A stretch of 64,000 nt of DNA, taken from an archaeon (GTDB lineage Archaea > B1Sed10-29 > JAJSAI01). Below, piece by piece: positions 19,091 through 28,062 of this stretch; the stretch's first letter is position 1, and each line of letters opens with the position of its first letter. The position numbers and the translations under genes were made by a program. The notes below the pieces were generated by a model that was not told the origin of the DNA, did no database searches, and worked only from the letters and a program-made list of their open reading frames with translations. The stretch is from positions 23,265 to 87,264 of the forward strand of contig JAJSAI010000019.1 of NCBI GenBank assembly GCA_024274695.1, read 5' to 3'.

Positions 19091-20312
19091 ACTCGCAGGA
19101 GTGCTTCAAAAAGAGCTCGAGAGGCAGAGGAACACCGTGGAGCTAATAGCATCTGAAAACTTTGTCCCTGAAGAGATCCTACTCGTGATGGGCTCGGTCC
19201 CGACAAACAAGTACGCGGAAGGATACCCCGGCAGAAGATACTACGGGGGAAACCAGTACATTGACGAGATAGAGCGGCTCGCGATAGAACGGGCGAAACA
19301 GTTGTTCGGGGCAGAGCACGCTAACGTGCAGCCCCTCTCAGGATGCCCGGCAAACCTGGCCGCGTACGCTGCTTTCCTGGAGCCGGGAGACAAGATACTT
19401 GGAATGAGCCTCGCGTCAGGAGGTCACCTGAGCCACGGCTACAAGATGAGCATCACCGGAAAATACTACAGGGGGATCGCGTACGACGTTGATCCTGAAA
19501 CAGAAACTCTTGACTATGACGCAATACTAGAACAGGCCAGGAGAGAAAAGCCGAGGATGATAGTGTGCGGGGCCAGCGCTTATCCCAGGATAATAGACTT
19601 CAAGGCATTCAAGGAAATCGCTGATGACGTGGGCGCGTACCTGATGGCTGACATCGCGCACATCGCTGGCCTTGTAGCCGCAGGCTTGCACCCCAGCCCG
19701 GTCCCCTACTGTGACGTGGTCACCACGACCACTCACAAGACTCTCAAGGGCCCGAGAAGCGGTCTTATAATGTGCAAGCAAGAGCACGCCAAGAAAATAG
19801 ACAGGGCCGTTTTCCCAATGCTGCAAGGAGGACCTCACGAGCACACGATAGCCGCGAAAGCCCTTTGCTTCAAGCTCGCCATGCGGCCGGAGTTCAAAGA
19901 ATACCAAGCACAGGTTGTGAAGAATGCTAAGGCGATGGCAGAAGTGTTCCTGGACCACGGTTACCGGCTGGTCACAGGAGGCACGGACAACCACCTGCTG
20001 CTCGTGGACGTGGCCCAAAAAGGAATAGGGGGAAAACAAGCGCAGGACGCTCTTGAAGAGGTTGGAATAACAGTGAACAAGAACATGATCCCCTTTGACA
20101 AGCGAAAACCAGTGGACCCGAGTGGGATAAGAATCGGGACGCCCGCGATAACAACAAGAGGCATGAAAGAAGACGCGGCAGCCAGGATTGCAGAACTGGT
20201 GGTAAAGGTCTTGGAGAACGTTGATGACGCGAGCGTGAAAGAAAGGGTCGCGGGGGAAGTTAGAGAACTGCTAGAGGAATACCCCCTGTACCCTGGCTTG
20301 TCCTACGCGTGA
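19050..20312 (+). CDS. glyA: Serine hydroxymethyltransferase.
   Basis: [12 protein letters not shown]-lysine region [14 protein letters not shown], full length. Confidence 0.9.
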   Translation: MEGKRVSLKELDPELAGVLQKELERQRNTVELIASENFVPEEILLVMGSVPTNKYAEGYPGRRYYGGNQYIDEIERLAIERAKQLFGAEHANVQPLSGCPANLAAYAAFLEPGDKILGMSLASGGHLSHGYKMSITGKYYRGIAYDVDPETETLDYDAILEQARREKPRMIVCGASAYPRIIDFKAFKEIADDVGAYLMADIAHIAGLVAAGLHPSPVPYCDVVTTTTHKTLKGPRSGLIMCKQEHAKKIDRAVFPMLQGGPHEHTIAAKALCFKLAMRPEFKEYQAQVVKNAKAMAEVFLDHGYRLVTGGTDNHLLLVDVAQKGIGGKQAQDALEEVGITVNKNMIPFDKRKPVDPSGIRIGTPAITTRGMKEDAAARIAELVVKVLENVDDASVKERVAGEVRELLEEYPLYPGLSYA

Positions 20313-20324
20313 ACAGCGGAAGCA

Positions 20325-21560
20325 CTATTCCCAGAACCCCTTCACTTTTTCCAGAACCTCCTGCTCGTCCACTCCAAGAACCCTCTCACCATCGTACGCT
20401 ATTCTCCCGTTGACCATGGTCATGACAACGTCAGACCCTGACCCAGAGTACACGAGGTTCGAGAGCGCATCGTGCACCGGCTGCATGTGCGGTTTCTTCA
20501 AACTAACCAGAACAAGGTCGGCCAGAGCCCCTTCAAAAATTCCTGCATCCAGGCCCAGGGTCCTGTACGCGTTCTCAGTAGCCATCTTGAAAACCTGCTC
20601 TGCCTTAAGGCAGGAGGGGTCCTTGTGAAGCGCCTTTTGCAGGAAAAGGGCTGTTCTCATCTCCTGCACCATGTCAAGGTTATTGTTGCTGGCGCACCCG
20701 TCAGTCCCGAGGGTCACGTTCACTCCTTCCCTCAGGTACTCCACCACGGGCGCGACCCCGCTCCCGAGCTTGGCATTGCTCTCGGGATTGTGCGAGACAC
20801 TAGCCCCAGCCTCTTTCAATAGCCCGATCTCCTGGTCAGTCACCCAGACCCCGTGGGCGATCATGGTCCTGTTGTCCAGGACTCCTATCGCGTGCAGGTA
20901 CTCCACGGGCCTCATGCCCGTCTTCTCCATGAACTCCTTGACCTCTGTCATGTTCTCCGCCGCGTGTATCTGCAGGAGAAGACCGCGCTCCTCAGCAAAC
21001 TCCTTCGCTCTAACGAGTTCTTCTTCGCTACACCCGTAAACCGAGTGAGGCGTGACGATCACCCTCGCGAGTTCCGTAGCGTTATCCAGGAGGCTCTTCA
21101 CCCTGTCAAGAGTCCTGTCCACAGGCTCCATGACCCCAAGGATCCCTTCTCCTGCCCATACCCTGATCCCTGTTTTTTCGCTGGCCTGCATGACCTTATC
21201 CTCATGAAAGTACATGTCAACAAATCCAGTGGTCCCGCTCCTGAGCATTTCAACGCAGGCGAGCAGGGTGTTCCAGTAAACGAATTCAGGATTAACCTTT
21301 TCTTTTTCAGCGGGCCATATGTGGCCTTCAAGCCACTCCTGCAGGGGCAGGTCGTCGGCTATTCCCCTGAACCCTGTCATGGCCGCGTGAGTGTGAGTGT
21401 TCACGAGCCCTGGGATGAGCAGGCAGCCTCTCCCGTCAACCACGTGCTCGTGTTCTCCGCTTATCCTCCTGCCGATCTCAGCAATCCTGTTCCCTATCAC
21501 GCTCACGTCCGCCTTTTCTCCCCACGGGAGCGCAACATCCTTTATGAGAACGCTCGTCAT
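20325..21560 (-). CDS. Amidohydrolase of the 5-methylthioadenosine / S-adenosylhomocysteine deaminase family.
   Basis: PGLVNTHTHAAMT metal-binding HxH motif, HAAE, GTDG. Confidence 0.7.
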   Translation of the reverse strand: MTSVLIKDVALPWGEKADVSVIGNRIAEIGRRISGEHEHVVDGRGCLLIPGLVNTHTHAAMTGFRGIADDLPLQEWLEGHIWPAEKEKVNPEFVYWNTLLACVEMLRSGTTGFVDMYFHEDKVMQASEKTGIRVWAGEGILGVMEPVDRTLDRVKSLLDNATELARVIVTPHSVYGCSEEELVRAKEFAEERGLLLQIHAAENMTEVKEFMEKTGMRPVEYLHAIGVLDNRTMIAHGVWVTDQEIGLLKEAGASVSHNPESNAKLGSGVAPVVEYLREGVNVTLGTDGCASNNNLDMVQEMRTALFLQKALHKDPSCLKAEQVFKMATENAYRTLGLDAGIFEGALADLVLVSLKKPHMQPVHDALSNLVYSGSGSDVVMTMVNGRIAYDGERVLGVDEQEVLEKVKGFWE

Positions 21561-22135
21561 CCTACCTCCTCCTCAACTACTTTCCCCCCAGGCTCCTCTT
21601 CTGAGAACACCTGGGCAGTGAAAAGGTAGACCATCGTGTCAAAGTCCTTCCACGCGCTCGCCTCAATCCCTGCCTTCAGGCATGCGTCCGACAAGAACTC
21701 CTCAGGACCGAGATCGTACTCCACCGCTACTTGGGGGAGGAGCAGTCCAGAATATTGGCCCTTCCTGATTATTATCCCATGCTTTCCTATGACAACATGC
21801 TCCGGCCTTTCCTCTGGCCTGCAGTCAAGCCGCTTTGGTTCTGAGAGCACGCTTACTTCTACCACTATCTTGTCCAGCTCGTCAGGGGATACTGGGAAGA
21901 ACCGGGGGTCTTCAAAAGCCGCTGCCCGCGCGGCCTCTCTGACCGCTTCCCCCAAGGGCTTCACAGGGTAAGGGAATCCTATGCACCCCCTCAGGGTTTT
22001 GTCAGGGAAAGAGTAGAGTGTCACGAACACCCCCTTCTTCTCCTTCAAGAACTCGTCACGATGTTCTCTTTCTTCTCCTTTTATGGCTTCTCTGGCCATT
22101 CTGACCAGCAGAGCTCCCTGCTCCAGTGACAGCAT
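21557..22135 (-). CDS. AMMECR1-domain protein.
   Basis: CIGFPYP / LRGCIG motif characteristic of AMMECR1. Confidence 0.7.
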   Translation of the reverse strand: MLSLEQGALLVRMAREAIKGEEREHRDEFLKEKKGVFVTLYSFPDKTLRGCIGFPYPVKPLGEAVREAARAAAFEDPRFFPVSPDELDKIVVEVSVLSEPKRLDCRPEERPEHVVIGKHGIIIRKGQYSGLLLPQVAVEYDLGPEEFLSDACLKAGIEASAWKDFDTMVYLFTAQVFSEEEPGGKVVEEEVG

Positions 22136-22230
22136 GAATACACTACCCCCGACTGTTTTAAAAGGTTAACCAGGTCAAACCCTCACCGTTTTGCGAAAGA
22201 TTATATCAGCACCAGGCAAGACAGGGTATC

Positions 22231-24516
22231 ATGAGCGCTCTCGCCTACACGGTCCTCGCGCTACTGGCTGTTAACAGCCTGTTCTCTGTTTCGGACTACT
22301 ACGCGCGGGTCACGACCCTGAAGACTCCTGAAAACATTCCTGCTGCTGTCATGCAGTACTCCATGCCCGGGAAAGAGTACTACCTCTCCTCCCTTAGGAC
22401 CGCGTGGGAGAAGGCAGCTGACGCCAAGAGAGAAGCGGGAAACATGTTAGAAGTGTACATAAAGGAATCTCTTTCTAACCTCGCCTTTTCCAGCTACTGC
22501 CGGTCCAAGCTCTCCGAGGTATACGGTTATGCCGGGTCAGCGTTCTACGCGACGGTCTCGCTCTTGGAAAGGGACGCCGCGGTCCTGAGGGACGCGGGCG
22601 TGGAAAACCCCAAGTACTCGGGCAGGGCCAGGCCAGTGTATCTCAGCCTGCTCCAGGCGGTCAGCGCGGTAGAGCATCCTGACAACCTCTCCTCGTCAGA
22701 ATCGTCCCGCAGGATAAGGGAAGGGCTGAAGGCAGGAAACTCAGACTACTTCAACGCGCTCGTAGGATACCCTGACGGTCTCTTCAGGGTAATGCTTGAC
22801 GAGCACAGGATGTTCCTGCTGGCCCTTGACTACCTTGACGCTGAGTACAAACAAGCGCTAGCAGAAGTGGAGTACAGGAACAGGCTACTGTCCTACAGGG
22901 CGAGAGAGTACGAGGCCAACAGGCTGGACGAGGTGGCGTGGAACAGGATCAGGCTAAGGGGAGGGATACTGTCCGGGGAAAGCTCTCCGGAGAACCCTGC
23001 CAGAGCATACCAGACCGCTAGGGAGTGGTCCCTGAAAACAACCGCTGTCACTGGCTCTGCTAGGGCGCTGTACTCAGCCGGAAGAAAGGCTGACGCCATA
23101 GTCCTGCTGCACGATCACTGCCTGGAAACAGAAAAGGTGATACGCGCTCTTGAGGGCGCGGTGGAAGCGGCCCGCGCGGTTGAAGAACAACTGCACCGCA
23201 GAGCGGTTAAGGCGTTTTCAAGCGCTTCAAGAGAGAGCGCGGGGTACTCGCTGGCGGAAAAAGCCTGTTCAGAGCAGAGTCCTCTTCTGGGAGAAAGCAT
23301 CCTCCTCTTACAGAAGTGCATCCGCTTGTCCGAGAAGACAAGAGAACCTGACCCTTCCTCGCTTGAGGGGGAAGAACTGGCGGATAACCTTTCAAGACTT
23401 GCCTGGGACAAGTACTACCAGCTGGAACAGTACCTTGACGATCCTGTCTTCCTGGACAGGATCAGGACAAGCCTTCAGCTGTTGGACGCGTCGTCGGACG
23501 ATCCGCTGCAGGCCGCTGCAGGATACCAGAAGCTCGTGCTGGAAATGGATGAGAAGCGCGCGGGGCTTGAGTCAGAGTATTCCGTGGTGCTGGAGAGCAG
23601 GGTGCTGGATTGCGGGAAGGAACAGGAAGTGAACGCCACAGTGTACTTCTCAGGCCCGCGCACCAGCGTTTACAGGGCAAGGGTCTTTCTCCCTGAACGA
23701 GTAGCGTTCCCTGACGGGTCAAAAAGCAAGATACTGTCTTCAGAAAACCAGTCCCTGAAGATCCCTGTGCACGTGTCCCCTGAATGCGTCAAGGTTTCTG
23801 AAGAACAGGTGAAGGCTGACGATACAAGGGTGTACTACGAGGAAGAGTGGAAGGTGAGATCCCCTCTGCCCGTGAGGCTTGCTGACGGGACGGTGACAGC
23901 GTCCCTCGCGAAGGTGCTCGTGTCACGCCCCTCGTGGCTGGTGGTGGGCAGGAAAGAACAGGGCAGCATGCTCGTGCTCACAGTCTTCAACCCAGGAGAC
24001 ACTCTGAAGAACGTGGTCCTGTCAGCAGACACTACCCGGGAAGTGGAGGAGTGCAGCTCCTGCATACTCAGGCAGGGGAAAGTTCTTTTCTTCATTCCAT
24101 TAGTCCGCGGAGGAGAGAAAAAAGTGCTGGAGGCCAGGCTCTCGGGGAACAGGACAAACGCCCTTTCCGAAAGTGTTCCCGAAGAACAGGAGGACTACAA
24201 GAACACTCTGCTGCTAGGACCCTTGAACACGAGCGGTTACAACGCCTTCATAGAGTCACGCGTGTTCGCTCCAGCGGCAGACGCTGGGAGCGAGGGCACG
24301 AACATCACTCTACAGGGTGAGGGCAAGAAAGACATTGTCCAGAGAAGAAACGTGTTGAAACCAGTCTCCCTGGAGGCACGTGAGGCCAGAGAACCTGACG
24401 AGCGTTCTAGCGGCAACTCCTACAAGTACTACGTGATACCCCTTGGTTTTGCTGTGCTTTCGTTCATGCTCCTGAAGAGGAAGCCCGCGAGGAAGAAGAT
24501 TGGGAGGGTCATATGA
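22231..24516 (+). CDS. Large secreted/surface protein (761 aa) with an N-terminal signal peptide and a C-terminal PGF-CTERM-like TM plus basic tail.
   Basis: N-terminal MSALAYTVLALLAVNSLFS. C-terminal YYVIPLGFAVLSFMLLKRKPARKK. Confidence 0.5.
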   Translation: MSALAYTVLALLAVNSLFSVSDYYARVTTLKTPENIPAAVMQYSMPGKEYYLSSLRTAWEKAADAKREAGNMLEVYIKESLSNLAFSSYCRSKLSEVYGYAGSAFYATVSLLERDAAVLRDAGVENPKYSGRARPVYLSLLQAVSAVEHPDNLSSSESSRRIREGLKAGNSDYFNALVGYPDGLFRVMLDEHRMFLLALDYLDAEYKQALAEVEYRNRLLSYRAREYEANRLDEVAWNRIRLRGGILSGESSPENPARAYQTAREWSLKTTAVTGSARALYSAGRKADAIVLLHDHCLETEKVIRALEGAVEAARAVEEQLHRRAVKAFSSASRESAGYSLAEKACSEQSPLLGESILLLQKCIRLSEKTREPDPSSLEGEELADNLSRLAWDKYYQLEQYLDDPVFLDRIRTSLQLLDASSDDPLQAAAGYQKLVLEMDEKRAGLESEYSVVLESRVLDCGKEQEVNATVYFSGPRTSVYRARVFLPERVAFPDGSKSKILSSENQSLKIPVHVSPECVKVSEEQVKADDTRVYYEEEWKVRSPLPVRLADGTVTASLAKVLVSRPSWLVVGRKEQGSMLVLTVFNPGDTLKNVVLSADTTREVEECSSCILRQGKVLFFIPLVRGGEKKVLEARLSGNRTNALSESVPEEQEDYKNTLLLGPLNTSGYNAFIESRVFAPAADAGSEGTNITLQGEGKKDIVQRRNVLKPVSLEAREAREPDERSSGNSYKYYVIPLGFAVLSFMLLKRKPARKKIGRVI

Positions 24517-24716
24517 ACACCATAGTGCAAGTGCTCGGGGAGAACGTGCTGACTGTTCTCTGGGACGAGGAAAGAAAAGAGTACGCCCCTATTTCTAACG
24601 GCAGGAGAAGAGTTTTTATGGACAAGCAGGAGCTCCAGAGAACGCTTGCAGAGTCATGTGGTGAGGAGGCGGCGGAGATTGTTTTACATTATCTTGAAGA
24701 CAGTGGTGTACTTTAG
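24513..24716 (+). CDS. Small 67-aa protein translationally coupled to the surface protein by an ATGA overlap.
   Basis: The upstream stop TGA overlaps this ORF's ATG. Ends in TAG. Confidence 0.3.
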   Translation: MNTIVQVLGENVLTVLWDEERKEYAPISNGRRRVFMDKQELQRTLAESCGEEAAEIVLHYLEDSGVL

Positions 24717-24790
24717 GGTGATGGGCCTCAGTCCTCCTGTCAGGCTGGTGAGAATTAATCTCTTAAACCTGCCTCTCCTTTAGAGTAGAT

Positions 24791-25168
24791 ATGAAAGGTC
24801 TTACTCCCGTGGTCTCGGTTGTTCTCATAATAGGGATGATGGTCGTCGCCTCCGTGGCGTTCTACTACTGGATAATGCCGTACACCGGAAAAAAGGCGAC
24901 CCCTGAAACAACGTACTACTCCATGCATGTTGAATCGTGCAACCGGAGCCACATAACAGTCCGGAACACAGGGCTCCCGAGGTTCCATGACGCGAACGTT
25001 TCAGTCTATGATTCAACAGGGTCCAAGGTCGCCTGGTTTTATATTGACAGCCTGAACACGAGCGAGTCAAAATCCTTCCAGCTGAACCAGTCGCTCGAGC
25101 TCGGGCAAGAGTACACCCTCAGGTACGAGAAGATCCCGGGAGTCACGTTCGTGTGCAACGAGTACTAG
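24791..25168 (+). CDS. Archaeal type IV pilin-like protein with a class III signal peptide.
   Basis: MKG|LTPVVSVVLIIGMMVVASVAFYYWI fits the [KR]G-hydrophobic prepilin peptidase cleavage pattern. Several sequons follow. Confidence 0.45.
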   Translation: MKGLTPVVSVVLIIGMMVVASVAFYYWIMPYTGKKATPETTYYSMHVESCNRSHITVRNTGLPRFHDANVSVYDSTGSKVAWFYIDSLNTSESKSFQLNQSLELGQEYTLRYEKIPGVTFVCNEY

Positions 25169-25689
25169 GCTCTTTCAAGAATCCAGTCAGAAAAATCAAC
25201 ACGCTCTTTCTTCCTTTTCTTCCCTTCTGCTATTCTGGCGCATTCCTCCACCACTTCCTCCACTGTTTTTCCTGTGGTGTCCACCTGGAAGACCCTCTTG
25301 CTCCCGTACTCCTCAATCGCTCTGATGGTGCAGTAGTCCAGGGCTTCTGCCTCCGCGTTCTCAAGAACCTTTTTCTTGCTGTACCCTCTTCCAGAAATCC
25401 TCTTCATGAGCTCCTCAGGATGGGCTCTCAGCACGATAACGATAGAATCAGGCAGTCTCACCTCGCACGCTATGTGCCCTTCTATTATCACGTCCTCCTC
25501 TTTTGACAGTTCTTTCCTAAGCCTTTTCAGGTCTACCACGAGCTCTCCTTCATGCGTTCCTGTGTAAAGCTTTTTTTTCTTGATGTACTCTGTAAGGTGG
25601 ATTACTGGTTTTTTCAGACGCTTCCCAAGCTCTTCAGCGACAGTCGTTTTCCCGGTCCCAGGGGATCCTGTGATCACAAGCCTTTTCAT
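25165..25689 (-). CDS. Putative adenylate kinase / NTPase of the archaeal Fap7 (AK6) type.
   Basis: MKRLVITGSPGTGKTT P-loop, about 174 aa. Stop is TAG. Confidence 0.65.
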   Translation of the reverse strand: MKRLVITGSPGTGKTTVAEELGKRLKKPVIHLTEYIKKKKLYTGTHEGELVVDLKRLRKELSKEEDVIIEGHIACEVRLPDSIVIVLRAHPEELMKRISGRGYSKKKVLENAEAEALDYCTIRAIEEYGSKRVFQVDTTGKTVEEVVEECARIAEGKKRKKERVDFSDWILERA

Positions 25690-25746
25690 CCAGTATGCTA
25701 CTCTCTTCTCATTATTTAAAACGGTTCCCAGGAGAATCAGGTTTTG

Positions 25747-25775
25747 GGAGGATCCTTCTTGTGAAAGGATCCTCC
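25747..25775. promoter_or_regulatory. Perfect 11-bp inverted repeat (GGAGGATCCTT-N7-AAGGATCCTCC) upstream of the adenylate-kinase gene. Candidate regulator binding site.
   Basis: Read directly from the sequence. The centre is about 68 bp upstream of the adk ATG. A TTTAAATA TATA-like element lies between it and the ATG on the minus strand. Confidence 0.4.
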
Positions 25776-25912
25776 AGGGTTAGGTGAGCCTCTCCTCTTT
25801 TTTGGCAGCATATACTGACGCTGATCTGGTATAAAAATTTTACTATCCACAAAACACGATAATGAAAAAATGTTTACTTTTTGACGCTTAATTTTTAATC
25901 CTGTTCATTTTG

Positions 25913-25934
25913 AGGGTGTTTTTTTGTTCAAAAG
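25913..25934 (+). repeat. 22-bp T-rich element AGGGTGTTTTTTTGTTCAAAAG, copy A. Direct repeat flanking nucS.
   Basis: Matches copy B at 26742-26766 with a single 1-nt indel and one mismatch. Confidence 0.4.
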
Positions 25935-26665
25935 TATTTTTCGAGTTTCGCCTGTTTCTGGCGGGAGTTGGCGACCTTGGTGGTACTGCCCACCTCGTAC
26001 TCTATCTTCTTGTACTCCATGCCTTCCTTTTCCAGGAACCTTTTCGCGTGGGCTGTAATGTCAGGAGCGCACAGGATACCCCTTACCCTGGAGCCCTTTC
26101 TCTTCCTGACCTCTTCCACGTACCTCTTCAGTTGTGAGACCGCGTTAAGCCCTGCCTTTCTTCTCTTGACCTCTATCAGCACGGTGTTGCCCTGCGCGTC
26201 CTCCGCCCAAATATCCACCATGCCCTTCGGGAGGATCCCCTCTCTTTTTACTGGCCTGAGCCCCTCTTCTATCACGCTCAGGTCCTGGGCGAGGGCGTCA
26301 GAAAGATGGGACTCTACCCCCACGACACAGGACCTCTGACGGTCCCTCAGGTCAAGAACGTGTAGTGCTATTATCCTGGAAAATGATACTGAGAGGACCT
26401 CCCCCTTGTTCCTCCCTGTTATTGTGATCTTCTCCCCGTCATAGTCCGTTGTGAACACTGTCCCTGTCTTCTGATAATTCACTGGAGGGGTCTTGAACGG
26501 CTGATGCACCAGGAACGTCCCGTCAGGCTTTATTATCACGATCCTCTCTCCAGGACCGAGCTTTGAAGCAGCCCTCCCGGCGTACGAGACCGTGCACTCT
26601 CCCACTATTATTATCGTCTTCTTCTGCTCCAGCCCCCTGTCTATGTCCCTCTTGCTTGAAAGCAT
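25928..26665 (-). CDS. nucS: NucS/EndoMS mismatch-specific endonuclease.
   Basis: Two-domain architecture with a C-terminal RecB-like nuclease region GMVDIWAEDAQGNTVLIEVKRRKAGLNAVSQLKRYV. Confidence 0.75.
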   Translation of the reverse strand: MLSSKRDIDRGLEQKKTIIIVGECTVSYAGRAASKLGPGERIVIIKPDGTFLVHQPFKTPPVNYQKTGTVFTTDYDGEKITITGRNKGEVLSVSFSRIIALHVLDLRDRQRSCVVGVESHLSDALAQDLSVIEEGLRPVKREGILPKGMVDIWAEDAQGNTVLIEVKRRKAGLNAVSQLKRYVEEVRKRKGSRVRGILCAPDITAHAKRFLEKEGMEYKKIEYEVGSTTKVANSRQKQAKLEKYF

Positions 26666-26741
26666 TAGACTCTTCTTCCTCTCGGGTGGTATAAAAAAGC
26701 AGGGGCGAAAAGGTTAAAAAACACCCGGCCGGAATTCTTCA

Positions 26742-26766
26742 AGGGTGTTGTTTTTTGTTCAAGAAG
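26742..26766 (+). repeat. AGGGTGTTGTTTTTTGTTCAAGAAG, copy B of the nucS-flanking repeat.
   Basis: See copy A. Confidence 0.4.
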
Positions 26767-26769
26767 AGC

Positions 26770-27225
26770 ATGTCCTTTCCGGAGAAAGAGCTTTTCATCC
26801 GAATGTGTCTGCCCGCGTATTCTCTCACCGAGGACGTCAGGGGAAGGCTCCTCTACTACCTGAAGAAAAGAAGCGTCCCGGACAATCTCCTGCGCGAGGC
26901 GTTCCCTGAGGACTATGACAGGATAATGTCGACAGTGATGCTGGAGAAGGGCTTCTTTTCCCTTAAGCCAAGGCTTGACCTGGTGATCAAGTACTTTCTG
27001 GAATACCACAACAGGGAAACGCCTTGCAAGGTTGAGGAAGGAAGGGTTGTTGGGTTCAGAGCGGAAAGAAAGGGAGGAGAGAACACCCTCATCGCAAGAG
27101 TCGCCCTTAAGTCAGGTCGCACGGTTAACGCGTCAACCAAGCTGGCTCCCGGGCTTGTTGTTAGAATAAACTTGAACGACAGGGTTTTCGTGCATAACAA
27201 GAAGGTCTGCCACGTGTTAGAATGA
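26770..27225 (+). CDS. Hypothetical protein translationally coupled to hycI (ATGA overlap). Candidate hydrogenase accessory factor.
   Basis: The ORF is listed from a TTG at 26755, but the first ATG is at 26770. No similarity to HycH or HypC is visible from sequence. Confidence 0.4.
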   Translation: MSFPEKELFIRMCLPAYSLTEDVRGRLLYYLKKRSVPDNLLREAFPEDYDRIMSTVMLEKGFFSLKPRLDLVIKYFLEYHNRETPCKVEEGRVVGFRAERKGGENTLIARVALKSGRTVNASTKLAPGLVVRINLNDRVFVHNKKVCHVLE

Positions 27226-27653
27226 ACAGGATAGCCGTCGCGTCCCTCGGCAACCCCCTGAGAAGGGATGATGGGATTACAGAGGTTGCCTGCAGGATGA
27301 TGGAAGAGAGAAACCGTTTTAAGGCAGACTACTACTACGGGGATCCCTTGAACTACCTGGGCAGGCTCGTTTCTTACGATCTCGTGTTCCTTGTGGACGC
27401 CGTGCTCTCAGAGGACCCTCCTGGGAGGGTCAAGCTCCTGGACATTGACTCTGTTTCAGGCCCTGGCCTTTCAACACACTCAGCGTCACTGGACCTCGTT
27501 AGAAGAATGCTTTCGGGAAAAAAAGTTTTCCTGATAGGCGTGACAGTCAGGGACACGGGATACGGGACCGGCCTGAGCCCGGGTGTGGATCCTCAGAGGA
27601 TCGCTGAAGAAATAGAGAGGATCATACTCGCCCGCGCTTCCGTCAGGCATTGA
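27222..27653 (+). CDS. hycI: [NiFe]-hydrogenase maturation endopeptidase (HycI-like).
   Basis: ASLGNPLRRDDGIT, VFLVDAV, PG, and STHSASLD match the GN/DDG/DAV/H pattern of HycI/HybD proteases. Confidence 0.75.
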   Translation: MNRIAVASLGNPLRRDDGITEVACRMMEERNRFKADYYYGDPLNYLGRLVSYDLVFLVDAVLSEDPPGRVKLLDIDSVSGPGLSTHSASLDLVRRMLSGKKVFLIGVTVRDTGYGTGLSPGVDPQRIAEEIERIILARASVRH

Positions 27654-27663
27654 TCTCATTTCT

Positions 27664-28062
27664 TCATTTTACCAGGTTCTTCAAATCCTCTTTCCTGGTG
27701 CTGGAGTAGTCGTACTCTGTGGAGAACGCTATCGCCTTAGGTCTCGCGGGGCACACGTCCCGGCACAGCCCGCACAGTATGCACTTTCCCATGTCAAAGT
27801 CTATCCTCCCCTTCTCGTGGAAGACTATCGCGTTAACAGGACAGTTCCTCTCGCACAGCCTGCATCCTATGCACCGTTTGGAATAGTATACTATTCTTCC
27901 CCTAAACCTCTGGTAGGGTTTCTTCTTCTGCTCGGGATAGTTCTCTGTCACCGGCCTCCTGAAAAGCCACGCGAGCACCTCTGTTTTCAAGCCCATGAGC
28001 CCACCCACAGTACCCTCATCAAGTCTATTACCGCGACAAAGAACGCTGCCAGCACGTACCAC
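27664..28062 (-). CDS. Group-4 hydrogenase 2x[4Fe-4S] ferredoxin subunit (NuoI/EchF-like).
   Basis: CIGCRLCERNCP and CILCGLCRDVCP. Overlaps the upstream membrane subunit. Confidence 0.75.
   Translation of the reverse strand: MVRAGSVLCRGNRLDEGTVGGLMGLKTEVLAWLFRRPVTENYPEQKKKPYQRFRGRIVYYSKRCIGCRLCERNCPVNAIVFHEKGRIDFDMGKCILCGLCRDVCPARPKAIAFSTEYDYSSTRKEDLKNLVK

Noticed and set aside
25910-26339. + strand ORFs 25910-26137 and 25968-26339
   Set aside because: Antisense to nucS. The first begins inside the 22-bp T-rich repeat using a TTG start.
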